Shown piece after piece: positions 14,243 to 26,989 of a stretch of DNA of 64,000 nt. Origin of the DNA: Octopus vulgaris (Eukaryota); assembly GCA_951406725.2 (NCBI GenBank), contig OX597822.1:108004001-108068000 (forward strand). The letters run 5' to 3'. The position numbers and the translations under genes are program-made. The number at the start of each line of letters is the position of its first letter. Position 1 is the stretch's first letter. The notes below the pieces were generated by a model, which saw nothing but the letters and a program-made list of their open reading frames with translations, made no database searches and was not told where the DNA came from.

Positions 14243-14392
14243 TGTGTACATATTTGTGTAGTCATGTTTGTCCCTCCAACATCGCAAGACAATCGATGCT
14301 GGTGTGTTTATGTCCCCGTAACTTAGCGTTTCGGCAAAATATACCGATAATATAAGTACTAGGCTTACAAAGAATAAGTCCTAGCATGGCCT
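14240..14392 (+). mobile_element. SINE family A, 3' fragment
   Basis: CGATGCTGGTGTGTTTATGTCCCCGTAACTTAGCG. Confidence 0.75.
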
Positions 14393-14393
14393 C

Positions 14394-14495
<102 letters not shown>

Positions 14496-15271
14496 TAATA
14501 TATTGAATGAAAAGCTACATTATAGTATCATGCATAATAAGTACTAATATACTAGCTAAGCCCGGTATATTAATCTAATAAATAATTCTACGTAAGATTT
14601 GCTAGATTAGTTAATGTTAACATTAATACTATTTGATCGTATTGCAACTGTTCACTTGTTATTTATAATCTATTGTTTAATCTTGTGATAAAATATATTT
14701 GTATTATTCCTTTTCTATTCTATCATACGCGTTCATTTGTTCCATTTTCTTTTAAACCCGCAGAAAGAAAGAAAAGGGGCTTGTTACGATACTAATCAGA
14801 GATGATTGTCGAAGTGCTTTCAGATTGAATTTTAAGAAGTGCCTTTCAGTTTTGATGATATCGTGGAATTTTTCTATATTGATCTTCCAAACAGAGATTG
14901 GTTTATAGAATTATCGAATAATTAATTAGCAACACTGCTTCATATTATCTGAAAGTAAATAAATTGAATTATTTCTTGAGAGTTTAAAGGATTTCTAATG
15001 GGTACCTAACAAAGTGACACTTTATGTTTCTTTCATTGCTGATAAGGTCAACAAAAGCAAAAATCAATGAAGAACACGATGAAAATAATGAAAAATATTC
15101 AAGACACATCTCGTTGACTGTAAATGTTTAATTGACTTATTTTGTTAATTCAGTTTAACTAATGATTGAAAGGAAGGTTTCTGTAAATATTTCAATGTTT
15201 TTATGGTGACAAAAAGAATTGATATTTCTTAATGAATCACTGTTTTGCTATAAACATGTGTCAATATATGT

Positions 15272-15395
15272 AGGCGTACTTCGAATTTAGTCCCATTGTG
15301 TGGCACGTTGGGCAAATATCTTTTACTAAATCCTTGGGATAACCAAAGCCTTGTAATTCGATTTTCTAGATGGAAGCTAAAAGAAGCCCGTCGTA
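15272..15395 (+). mobile_element. SINE family A, degenerate 5' fragment
   Basis: AGTCCCATTGTGTGGCACGTTGGGCAA...AAAGAAGCCCGTCG. Confidence 0.7.
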
Positions 15396-15428
15396 TATGC
15401 ATCTCTCTCTCTCTCTCTCACTCACTCA

Positions 15429-15492
<64 letters not shown>

Positions 15493-16595
15493 TTTTCGTG
15501 TTCTGGCTGAGGTCAACCATAATACACCGCACATAATATAGATGTTATTAGCGATGTTGAGAATTAAGCGAAGATCGTGCTTGCAGCTTCTTTAAAGGGT
15601 CGCTAATCCTTGCACGTTGTCAATCTCACTCTCTTAGCAATGTATTATTTTCCCAGAAAGAAGAGCCAGTCTGCACATCTGGATTCCCGCGAAGTCGCAG
15701 TTGTTTCGTGAAAACTTTTATTCTAGCAATATTTAGAACAAAGACTGGAGGATGGTGTTCGTCAGCCAGTATACATGGTCTCTGGTGTTGAGTTTTGCAT
15801 TTAGAACATCTAAACGACCCGGTAGTTTTCATGATTAAGCTAACCAAATCATCATAATAAATCTTTCGTGCTTTGAGGCAGACGTCTAACAGTAGGGTCG
15901 AAGTCCTCGGACTTTTATTTATCCCAAGATGAGATAAAAGAAGATAACGATTCGTCAGATGATTTTGTCCCACTCTGTCATCGATCGCAGAAATTTAGCA
16001 ACTGTAGCCCTCTTATGTTGTCCATGTACATAGAACTGAATACGGACGATTTGGGTTAACTCGGAATTGCCAAGGAGGTAGTATAATCCTGCTATTAAAT
16101 TTCCTGCGTATTTGAATGATCTGTAGACACTATACGTCCACTAATCTCCGGTCTCTCTGTAATCGTTTTCTTCCGTGAAGAATCACATTTTCTACGGCTT
16201 GTTTAAGCTTTGTTTTGAAATGCCAACATAATTTTAGAGAATGCACTGTTCGATATAATTTCTTCACGTTGGAAATCAGTTAACAGAAGTATTTTAACGT
16301 ATTCAAATAACTTCAGAAACGAAAAAAAGAAAACAAAATACAAAAGAAAACCTAAGGCTATAATCATGCCTTACAAAGAATACACAATGCATATCACTTC
16401 TACTTGCAATCAGAAAAAGGAGTGTTTCCATTGCTTTGCCCAGCCACTCAGTATATAAGTGCACACACACACACACACACAAGCACCTCCCAACATATAA
16501 AATTTATATATATAAAACCTCCTCTCCCCTTCTCGCTCCCAATTCTCCTCTTCTTTTCTCCATCTTTCTCTCTCTCTGTTTCTGTATGTGTGCGC

Positions 16596-16641
<46 letters not shown>

Positions 16642-16646
16642 CATAT

Positions 16647-16758
<112 letters not shown>

Positions 16759-17620
16759 GCGTGTTTGTACGTATATATATATTATATATGTATATGCATG
16801 TTTGTACGTATATATATATATATATATATACACATACATACATATATATACACATGCATACATATATATGTATATGCACACACGTGCACACACACACATA
16901 CAGAGGGAGAGTGAAAGATGGAGAACAAAGAGGGGGAGAGTTGGGAGCAAGAGGGGGGTGAAATGAAGAAAAGCATACAATTCACAGATGATAATTTAAT
17001 TAATTTCAACAGATATTAATTTTGCATTTAAATAAGCAGCGTTTAATGAACTAGCTCAGCTGGTACTGTCCATGCTGATTCGTAGAGCTCATCGTTTTAA
17101 GTGAAATTAATTCAAATCAATTTATATCAATTATATGCGTTTATTAATTATGCAGTAAGGAGTCATGTTTATTTGTAAAGAAACAAGTATTGAAAGTAAT
17201 CGTGATCGATCTATGAAATTTGTGTTTACTTGGTTTTAAGCATATCTTAAGCTGAAGGATATTGTTAGCCGATTATGAATATACATGCAAACTCCCACCA
17301 ATGGATTTACTGCTATGATATAAGGCTTTGGAATTTAAGGATTTACCATTAATTAAAACCTTCAGGATGTGAGCTGGGAGAACATTTAGGACACCGGGAA
17401 TAATGCTTTGGGCATTTAGTCTGTGTGTAGGTTATGAATTCAAATTCCAGGGAGGTAGTATTTGCCTTCCATTCTTTCGTGGTTGTTAAAACAAAAGTTG
17501 ATCATTGGCGTCGATATAATCACTGAAATTGATATCCTTGCGTCAAAATTTGAGAGAGCATTAATTGAGCACCTAATTATTGTATCCATATATATTTTTA
17601 CCTACTAAGTATTGTACCTT

Positions 17621-17677
<57 letters not shown>

Positions 17678-17680
<3 letters not shown>

Positions 17681-18090
17681 GCAGAAGTGGCTGTGTGGTA
17701 AGTAGCTTGCTTACCAAAAAAATGCTTATGGGTTCACACCCACTGCATGGCACCTTGGGCAAGTGCCTTCTACTATAGCCTCAGGTTGACCAAAGCCTTG
17801 TGAGTGGATTTGGCAGATGGAAACTAAAAGAAGCCAATCGTATATATGTATATATATATATATATATGTATGTGTGTATTTGTGTGTCTATGTTTATCCA
17901 TCCAACATCGATTGACAACCGATGTTGGTGTGTTTACGTCCCCGTAACTTAGCGGTTCGGCAAAAGAAACCGCTAGAATAAATACTAGGCTTACAAAGAA
18001 TAAGGTCTGGGGTCGATTTTCTCGACTAAAGGCGGTGCTCCAGCTTGGTTGCTGTGAAATGTTTGAAACAATTAAAAGAGTAAAAGAGAG
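17678..18090 (+). mobile_element. tRNA-derived SINE family A (cephalopod-type, internal TA/TG microsatellite)
   Basis: A box TGGCTGTGTGGTAAG, B box GGTTCA-CCC, CORE-like ACCTTGGGCAAGT, tail GAAACAA(G)TAAAAGAG; many copies in the window. Confidence 0.85.
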
Positions 18091-18740
18091 TATATACGCA
18101 TGTATATATATATATCATATATTTTTGTATAAGTGTGTGTTATTATACAAAGAATATCCACTGGTTAATGATTCTTTATCAAACTGATTGATAAAAATAC
18201 TGTATACTAGCAATCTTTCGAGATTGTTACATGGAAATACTGTGAAATAAATAGGCTCTTAATGATTTAGTTACCTCAAAAGCAATTAATTCCGGGGAGC
18301 AGAAGATTCAACATCCTTTAATATTTCAATATAGCAAGAAAACAAACATTATTTTCAAGCTTCCCACCCTATTATCTCAGATTTATCAATCATGCTAAAG
18401 CCTATTGGCTCCACATTAATCGGACGTAACATTTGATAAAGGCTACCGATTTCGATATATGTTTAAAGCTACAATCTGATATACTGGAAATTCTTAAAGG
18501 GTCGCAAACGTTTACTAGAAATTTTCAGAAGAAAAAACTAACGAACATTTATTATATTAGAGACGTAAATGACAGAAAACCTGGAGAGCGTTGCCAGTAA
18601 GCTAAGGAACTGAAAGACTTTAACGACTTAAATTATAGAAAATAACTTTGTAGTAGAAAGGAACATTGAAAGTGCGTCATATGTAACAATCTGCAATTTA
18701 CTAGGTCTAAAATTCCAGTGTTTTGTATTATGTCTCTCAT

Positions 18741-18827
18741 TATTCTTTTACTTGTTTCAATCATCTGACAGCGGCCATGCTGGAGCACCGCCTTTAGTCG
18801 AGCCAATCAACCCCAGGACTTATTCTT

Positions 18828-18867
<40 letters not shown>

Positions 18868-18935
18868 CTATATACATACATATATACGACGGGCTTCTTT
18901 CAGTTTCCGCCTACCATATCCACTCACAAGGCTTA
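18741..18935 (-). mobile_element. SINE family A, internally deleted
   Basis: Reverse complement of the tail and mid segments. Confidence 0.8.
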
Positions 18936-19969
18936 TGGAGCTTATGATATAATGATTTTAGGGTACCTACACCTGAATGTCATAATTCTTCTCTTCTATC
19001 CCAAATAATATGGCGACAGAATGATTGCACTCAACATGGCCTCAACTAATTACAGATTATTAAACGAGGCACAAATATCTAAATATTGCATTTTGCCAGA
19101 AAAACTAAGTAATATTGATGTTGGTAAAGTTCTACATTCATAAATACTTCATTGTTTATAGTGGAATGCTCTATTTTTAAAAATGTTTTCATAAAAAATT
19201 TCATTTCGATAACGGCTGGAAATTTTAATTACATTTTCCAATTTTATTTATTAAAGGAAACAATTTTGCCCATAAATTTAATGTGAGACTAACAGACAGA
19301 CTTATGTGCAAAGTTGCAATATAAGGAAAATCGATAAAAAGCCATGTGACAAAAACTTCAGTAACTACATAAGAAAAAGTTCATTAATTGTACAGACAAC
19401 AATACAAATAATTTCAAGGTAAAAATTAAAAATATTCATATGACAGGATGTTTTATGTAGGTCTCAACGCACAAGATTAAATCAAAATTTAAGAAAATAC
19501 CATAAAATATCACTATTTCAGATTTAATTTTGGCTGTTTCAATATAGTTAACTCAAAAAATGGTGGGATGTGTAGACGATCAAGTGTGCTACTTAGAGAG
19601 TAAATATTCGGAAATAAACAACAACAACAACAACAACAAAAAAGTAAAAACATGAGGGTACATACAACTTATAAATATTTAAATCTATTGCTGACGTAAC
19701 GTTAATGTCAAATAAAACTAGGCGCGATTAACGATAGGAATATATTTAAAACAAAAATACAAACATTAATTCCTACACAAGAATTTTAAAATTAAGTTTC
19801 CATAGTGAATGAAGAATACAGAATATTAAATCTGCCCACACGAACCAATTTCTTTGCGATGCCATTACAAGCAAGGAATTTAGTATCACTTTCAACATGC
19901 TATATATATATATTTATATTTATATTTATATATATATATATATGTGTGTGTGTATGTATATATATTTAT

Positions 19970-20045
<76 letters not shown>

Positions 20046-20364
20046 ATTTCACGTAAGCAGAGACTTATTAGAAACAGTTAGAATTCAATGTACGTAAGGT
20101 TAAAAATAAAACAGCGGATGACAACGGAATATTATACATGGCTTCATTTATAATGTCCCGAGAAAGCATTAAGGAGTCGCGTGCAATGGTTCTTAAAGTA
20201 GAAAAAGCATTAAGCTAATGTATACGATTACGTAATTCATGTACCTTTGTCATAAATTCACGTATATATACACATACATGTATACAAACGCATAAACACG
20301 GGTGCACACGCACATACACATATATACATATATATAAATATATATATAAATATATATATATATG

Positions 20365-20595
20365 CGTGTGTGTGTTTGTGTGTCTGTGTTTGTCCCCCTA
20401 GCATTGCTTGACAACCGATGCTGGTGTGTTTATGTCCCCGTTACTTAGCGGTTCGGCAAAAGAGACCGATAGAATAAGTACTGGGCTTACAAAAGAATAA
20501 GTCCCGGGGTCGAGTTGCTCGATTAAGGGCGGTGCCCCAGCATGGCCGCAGTCAAATGACTGAAACAAGTAAAAGAGTAAAAGAGTAAAAGAGAA
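20365..20595 (+). mobile_element. SINE family A, 3' half
   Basis: GTTTGTCCCCCTAGCATTGCTTGACAACCGATGC...GTAAAAGAG. Confidence 0.85.
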
Positions 20596-20675
20596 TATAC
20601 ATATGTATGTATATATATTTATATATATATATGTATATGTATATATATGCATACATATATGTATATTTATATATA

Positions 20676-20948
20676 TATACCTGCCTTTATGGCTTATAGG
20701 TTAAATGAAGTATGACTGCCCTCACTGCCGAAACAGCTGTCAGTTTTGATTAATTGCATATTATATTTGAATTTTTTTTTTTTTTTTACTTATATCTCTT
20801 TATCTTTTTACTATTAATGTATATCTCTTTTTGTATAATGCCTCTACTCATATGTAATGGTGTATTAAAGTATTGATTGGGTATCATCGGATAGTTGATG
20901 TTTTATTGATTTAAGTATGTTTCTCCATTCTCTAATTTTGTAGTATTA
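20676..20948 (+). repeat. 5' pseudo-LTR of the PLE (starts inside hammerhead stem II, lacks the CUGAAGA half of the core)
   Basis: Near-identical to 26233-26511; differences are concentrated around the T-run. Confidence 0.92.
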
Positions 20949-21235
20949 ATTTACGGTAATATTATTACCTTTACCCATATAATACATTAGATGAACTGAT
21001 TGTTTGACAATTTTTAACATCTAGGTATTAATCTTGTTGGGTACCTATCTGGCAGTATATTGGATATATATTATCCCATGGTGGGTTGAATTTTCAACCC
21101 CTATCTCATTTTATAACCTAAATTTATCTTTTGAGGAACCTGAATTGCTCATACTGGTGTAATAGAGGCATCCATTTATTGATTTAAATATTAATAGTGC
21201 ATGTGAATACACCCTAGTGTAGTATATTTGTTCCT

Positions 21236-22636
21236 TTGATCATTACTGCCAGAAGAATGGAGAAAATACTGATCAATTCATCAATGAAGGATGTACCTAT
21301 CCCTACCAAAGACCATTACACTAAAGAACTAATTTATAGAATTAATGAATTCATCCACAAGATCAGATGGAGGATTTTCCACCATGAGAACTATAATAAA
21401 AAAATAAACCAACAACACACTGGGGAAACGATCCGTAATGGAATTGGAAGTACCTATGAAGAAATATTAAAACTAACAGGCACTACGTTTAAATCTAGGA
21501 AGTCTCCTCCACCAAATATACATCTAGACAATTTTGAACAAGAACTATGGGAGACTATAAAAAACATAAAATTTAGAAATCATCATTTAAGATATAACCC
21601 GCACCAAAGGGAATTGAAAAATTTAATTAGAACTCTCAAAGGTAAGAGCGGCATTCTAACACATTCTGACAAAACCAGCAACATCTATAATATTGACATT
21701 CCTGCATATCATGATCTTCTACACAAAGAAATAACCAAGAAATACAAAGTAGTACCTTCTAGTACACTTAGAAAACTGAACCTGGAGATCAGAGAAACCA
21801 TATTTGACTACTACCTAGAAGAAAAAACGGAACCCTACACCCCATCTAGACCGAGAATTACACTAAAGGATCATAAAGAGAATTTTCTTGGAAACACACA
21901 GGTCAGATTAATTTGCCCCACTAAATCTGACTTAGGCAGACTAAGCAAACTCATTCTAGACAAATATCTACCCACCATCCGCAATAAAATCAAACTAAAC
22001 CTTTGGAAGAATACTCAGGGTGCTTTGGATTTTTTTTCTGCCATTAAGGTCTGTGACAGTAACAACTTTAGCTATAATAGAAATAAATTTATCCAATTGG
22101 ATATACAGAATTATTACACTTCCATTAACCCTATTATATTAAATAAGTCCTTAATTTTTGCTAGAAAACACACTAAATTAAGTATGGGGGAGATTAAGGT
22201 TATACTAACAGCCAGGAAAACTTTAATAGAGTTTGATAATAAACTTTGGGCTAGAAAGGACACACCCAACTTGTTCGATATCACAATGGGATCGCCGGAC
22301 TCGGCGGAGGTGACTGATCTAGTTGGGATGTATCTACTAGATAACTTTAGTAGGGAATTCCCTGAACTAAAAGGTGGATTATACAGGGATGACGCCTTAT
22401 TTTGTGTTAAGAATACATCAAATAGGAGATTAGATCTTCTGAAAAAAAGAATAAATAAATTTTTTAAAAGTTTCGGCCTATCCATTATCATTGAAAGTGA
22501 AAATTATTCTGCTAATTATTTAGATGTTAATTGTAACATTACTAATGGTTTACATGAACCCTATATTAAACCTAATTCTAACCTAATATATATTAACCGT
22601 TCAAGTAATCACCCCCTCAAATTAAAAATGCACTAG
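21236..22636 (+). CDS. Penelope-like reverse transcriptase, N-terminal part of a single frameshifted ORF (probable ATG at 21257)
   Basis: Motifs SMKDVPIP...IRWR, DKTSN, ITLKDHK, RLICP, DIQNYYTSI, MGSPDSAEVTDLVG, GLYRDD, NYLDV, YINRSSNHP, all typical of PLE RTs; frameshift near 22620 (HPLK-IKNALVRSIS). Confidence 0.92.
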   Translation: MIITARRMEKILINSSMKDVPIPTKDHYTKELIYRINEFIHKIRWRIFHHENYNKKINQQHTGETIRNGIGSTYEEILKLTGTTFKSRKSPPPNIHLDNFEQELWETIKNIKFRNHHLRYNPHQRELKNLIRTLKGKSGILTHSDKTSNIYNIDIPAYHDLLHKEITKKYKVVPSSTLRKLNLEIRETIFDYYLEEKTEPYTPSRPRITLKDHKENFLGNTQVRLICPTKSDLGRLSKLILDKYLPTIRNKIKLNLWKNTQGALDFFSAIKVCDSNNFSYNRNKFIQLDIQNYYTSINPIILNKSLIFARKHTKLSMGEIKVILTARKTLIEFDNKLWARKDTPNLFDITMGSPDSAEVTDLVGMYLLDNFSREFPELKGGLYRDDALFCVKNTSNRRLDLLKKRINKFFKSFGLSIIIESENYSANYLDVNCNITNGLHEPYIKPNSNLIYINRSSNHPLKLKMH

Positions 22637-24105
22637 TGCGTAGCATTAGTCAGAGAATTTCTAGTTTATCCTCTAACGAGGAAATTTTTAACAAGCATTG
22701 TGATAGATACAATGCAGCATTGCTTAAGGCAGGATACAAAAGTAAGATATGGTTTATACCTAAGGGGAACCCTCCTAATGGAGGTAGAACTATCAGGAAC
22801 AACACCAATAGATTTAGGATAAACAACAATATACATAAGAATAGTAAAAATAGAATATATGATAACACCTATAATAAATGTAGAAGTGATGTTAACCTCG
22901 GAAAGGTGAATGGTAGCTCAAATAGCTCTGAGCATACGGGTAATAGTAGTAATATTAATAATAATATACAAGTTAAAACTTATGGTAGACATGGTAATGG
23001 TAAAGTATACTTGCGCAATAACCATGGGAATATTGATATAGATAGATATAACAATGACAGTGGTAAGAATAGTAATCCTATGGGTTGGTCTAGGAATAGG
23101 ATTTTTACAAATAACAATAATTCTATAGGCAATCCTAATTCTGATAAGGATACATTATGGTTGATTATCCCATATGCAATGCAGATTAAAACAAACATAG
23201 TGAGAGCTTTGCATAATGTTATATTTAGGCATTTTGGTAAAGATAAGAATAAATTTAGTCCTTTAATTAACAACGGTACTGTTAGAGTGGGATATAGCAT
23301 TACTCATAATCTAGCCACCATTATCTCCTCTTTTAATAACAGGAAACTGGATCACTTCTATAAGGATAGAAAATTGAATTTAGACCAGGGAAATTTGCCC
23401 CTCTTTAATAATAATAGGAACAGAAACTTTCTTGGAATGAATGTGAACAACCCCCTTACTAATAATGAGTGCACCGTACCTGTCAGAGATAATATAAATG
23501 TAATAGATCATACTACTACTACCATTACTAGTACTAGTGATAGGAATATAGCCGATAATGTGAAATTAACTCATTCGTTGATTTTGGGTTTGGATGATGA
23601 TAACAATTGTAACACTTATAATGTGAATGGTAGTATAGGGGTGGAGACCAATCTTAGATTTCCTCATTCTGTTAATCTTTGTAATTTCAGAAACAAAAAT
23701 AAATGTGTATTTGGTAATCAATGCCTCAGGAAGGAGGTAGTTTACCAATGCACTGTAGATACACAATTGAGTAGTAGGGTGTATATCGGGGCAACTATGA
23801 ATAGCATAAAACAAAGATTGAATTATCACAGATATACTTTTAGAAATAAAAATAGAATGTACTCTACAGGGCTTAGTGCATATATTTGGGAACTTAAAAG
23901 TAAGAACTTGGATTTTAGATTAAACTGGAAAATACTAACTTCAGCACCTGTGTATAATGGAAAAAATAAAAATGCTCTCTATGTATTAATGAAATTTTTT
24001 TCATTATTAAAGCGGGTCGGCAAATTATTAACAACATTAATGAAAAAAACTTCTTTTGCATTCATAGGCTACCGTTCACCTTTTCTAGATTCAAATAGAA
24101 CTTAG
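22636..24105 (+). CDS. Continuation of the PLE ORF: RT thumb, two Asn-rich linkers, Cys motif and GIY-YIG endonuclease. A second frameshift near 23970 restores the CSLC...CIH C-terminus ending at TAG 24096-24098
   Basis: SISQRISSLSSNEEIF, WLIIPY...KTNI, VRVGYS, CNFRNKNKCVFGNQCL, VVY-x12-YIG, KQRLNYH, TGLSAYIWELK, WKIL; the alternative frame reads KCSLCINEIFFII...NFFCIHR. Confidence 0.88.
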   Translation: MRSISQRISSLSSNEEIFNKHCDRYNAALLKAGYKSKIWFIPKGNPPNGGRTIRNNTNRFRINNNIHKNSKNRIYDNTYNKCRSDVNLGKVNGSSNSSEHTGNSSNINNNIQVKTYGRHGNGKVYLRNNHGNIDIDRYNNDSGKNSNPMGWSRNRIFTNNNNSIGNPNSDKDTLWLIIPYAMQIKTNIVRALHNVIFRHFGKDKNKFSPLINNGTVRVGYSITHNLATIISSFNNRKLDHFYKDRKLNLDQGNLPLFNNNRNRNFLGMNVNNPLTNNECTVPVRDNINVIDHTTTTITSTSDRNIADNVKLTHSLILGLDDDNNCNTYNVNGSIGVETNLRFPHSVNLCNFRNKNKCVFGNQCLRKEVVYQCTVDTQLSSRVYIGATMNSIKQRLNYHRYTFRNKNRMYSTGLSAYIWELKSKNLDFRLNWKILTSAPVYNGKNKNALYVLMKFFSLLKRVGKLLTTLMKKTSFAFIGYRSPFLDSNRT

Positions 24106-25792
24106 CACTTCCACTATTATTAATTTTTTAACTCCCTTCTTTAACTAACTATACCTGTGGTCTTCTATAATTCTAAAGTATACAACTTATAAATTTATAA
24201 TTTTATAATTTTTATAGCTACATTTGTATAATAATAATAGATGTGTCTAGTATTATTTGTTTCTTGTTTTTGTATGTGGGTTTTTGTTTGTTTTTTAAGG
24301 GAAATGCAATATGACAGGAAATAACATATTCATTTTGGTATTTGCCTTGTAATATGTGATTTTTGAAGTTTTCTAATATTGCATAGTATATTGCATAGTA
24401 TATATGTATATCTTGGTTAGATACCTAGCTCTAGATAATGTAATGTTATTGTATAATATGTAATATAGGAGAGCCTTTTATGAGTTTGGTGTGTTTAGGT
24501 TGAGAATATAGGTTTTTTGTATGTGTTTATTTGGAAGGTTTTTATTGTATATTTGGTCTTTCTTTGTACTCACCTTAATTTGTATCTTATGCTATTTACT
24601 AATAAGCCTTTTTCATTTTTTTCATTTTTTCATTTTTTCATTTACATACATTTGGCTTTATAAATATTACCAGCCTTATATATTTAGTTTATATCTATAG
24701 TCCTCTGGATCTGTACTTTAAATTATCCTTCCATACATATTTACCTTCAACAATATAACATATATATTCACTTTATTTATTTTTTATTTTATTGTAATGT
24801 TATCAATCTCTGCATTTAGTCTTCTAATTATTTATTTATTTGCCTGTTTAAGTGTGGATGTTTACATACATATCAAGTCATCTAATTTGTTATCTATTTA
24901 TTTTTTACTTATTTACTTATACTAGGGTAGTTTTATACATACATATCTATCATTTATTTTTATTTAAATTTTAATAATATATGTATACATATATACCGGT
25001 TTGTACTTATAATATGTGTATAACCGTATTTATTCCTTCGTGTTTATTCCTTCTTATTTATTTTATCGCATTTTATCTTAAGTATTTATAATATAAATTT
25101 TTTAAAAATTTCTGTGATGTTCTCATAAGCGTTTACATTAGTACTTCCCCTTCTATTTTTTAATACCTAAACTGGTATATTATGGCATTAAATTTATTAA
25201 GTAAATATGTGATTTATTTATCATATATAAATTAATATATATTTTATATTTTTTATTTTATATTTTAGCGTACTTGGAATCATAACAAACTTACGATAAA
25301 TCTAACAACCGTATGTTTACTATGCAACAAACCGGTGTTATAAATTTTAAGTTACCCATGAAATAATTATCTGACTTAGTAACATACTGATATTTAAAAA
25401 TATATTTATATCTAAATTAAATATTTTATGAAAGGCATGGATGGTTCTTTTTCGGTATTTGAGGCACAGTTATAATTTTGTAGGACTAAATGGTAGCATA
25501 GTTGCTTCCCTTTTTGTTTATCTATGTGCTAGTTGTTGCTTGTGATTATGTATGCGTATAAGTGTATGTATATACATATAACTATGTGTGTATGTGCGAT
25601 TGATCTGTAGATGCGTGTGTGAATATTGGCGTTCCTTGACTAACCAACCGTATAATTTTCTTTTGTGATTTAAATTTCAAACCAATAGCCAATCGAATTA
25701 ATCTAAATTTTCTTTACCTAGTGGTCAGCATTTCTAAACTCATAGTTATTTCGTTCTTGAAAGGATGGACTTTGTGCAAACTTAACTGTATC

Positions 25793-25859
<67 letters not shown>

Positions 25860-26185
25860 AGTATTTTTTATTAACTTTTATAGCTTTAGAATTTTATGAA
25901 CTGAACCATGGTTTTAATTATTATTTTTCATCTCCCTATGTGTTAGGTTTTTTTAAAAAAAATATTAGCCAAATATGTATAATATCGGTACTTATTAATA
26001 TTAATATACACTGATATATATTTTGTTTTATTTTGTTCTGTTTACCTTCCTTTATTGTACCAATGTGTATTATATTATATAAGTGTAGCATTATGATGTA
26101 TAAGTGTTTATATTTTACATTTTTATATTTTTATATTTATATGTATATGATTATATAATATTTTTCACAATTATAACAAATTTAA

Positions 26186-26308
26186 TTTAATTCTCTGAAG
26201 AGGCCGTGGGGCATCCTTGTTAATGCCTCATTTATACCTGCCTTTATGGCTTATAGGTTAAATGAAGTATGACTGCCCTCACTGCCGAAACAGCTGTCAG
26301 TTTTGATT
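26186..26308 (+). ncRNA. Type I hammerhead ribozyme of the PLE with a greatly extended stem II
   Basis: CTGAAGA at 26195-26201; stem II GGC.GTGGGGCA / TGCCCTCAC.GCC with inner arms TCATTTA/TAAATGA and ACCT/AGGT; GAAA at 26287-26290; minimal palindromic stem III C-AGCT-G; GTC cleavage triplet ending at 26298; short stem I CT/AG with distal pairing. Confidence 0.8.
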
Positions 26309-26509
26309 AATTGCATATTATATTTGAAATTTTTTTTTTTTTTTTTTTTTAATTATATATCTTTATCTTTTTACTATTAATGTATATCTCTTTTTGTATA
26401 ATGCCTCTACTCATATGTAATGGTGTATTAAAGTATTGATTGGGTATCATCGGATAGTTGATGTTTTATTGATTTAAGTATGTTTCTCCATTCTCTAATT
26501 TTGTAGTAT

Positions 26510-26511
<2 letters not shown>
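26233..26511 (+). repeat. 3' pseudo-LTR of the PLE
   Basis: Direct repeat of 20676-20948, followed by (TA)n. Confidence 0.92.
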
Positions 26512-26543
<32 letters not shown>

Positions 26544-26989
26544 ATGTGTGTTTGTACTGAATATATAGTATATTGTAATACACACATAGGTTTTCATAAT
26601 GAAGTGAAACCAGATAGTGATATTTTGAAAGAATTTAAAACGTACGTTTTAGATTCCTCCGAGATATATGTAATAACATGAAATTAGTTAACCGATAGTA
26701 AGAATTCAAATAAAGTACCCCAGAAAAGGGCTTCAATGCGTTCCCAGAGTATATAGAACTTATGAGGAAATACTAAGAAGTTCTGTACACTGCAATCGTG
26801 AAGCATTTTACGTAATAACAGGCTAATGAAATATGAAACAATAACAAATCAAAATAAATAATCCTGAAAAGGGCTTTTGTGCGCTAGTGTTGGTATATTC
26901 CTGAATAAGTAACTAACCGAATTAAGTTGATCTATTGTTTAGGAAAATGCTGTTTACTTCTCTAAATGTTGTACCGGATAAATTGCGAA

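Larger units (their letters stand above)
20676..26511 (+). mobile_element. Near full-length Penelope-like retroelement (RT + C-terminal GIY-YIG, probably Hydra-type clade) with direct pseudo-LTRs, inserted in (TA)n
   Basis: Direct repeats at 20676-20948 and 26233-26511, RT and GIY-YIG ORFs between them, a hammerhead motif at the 3' repeat, and (TA)n-rich flanks on both sides. Confidence 0.92.

Noticed and set aside
22114-23829. Antisense ORFs over the PLE coding region
   Set aside because: Shadow frames of the sense ORF with no motifs
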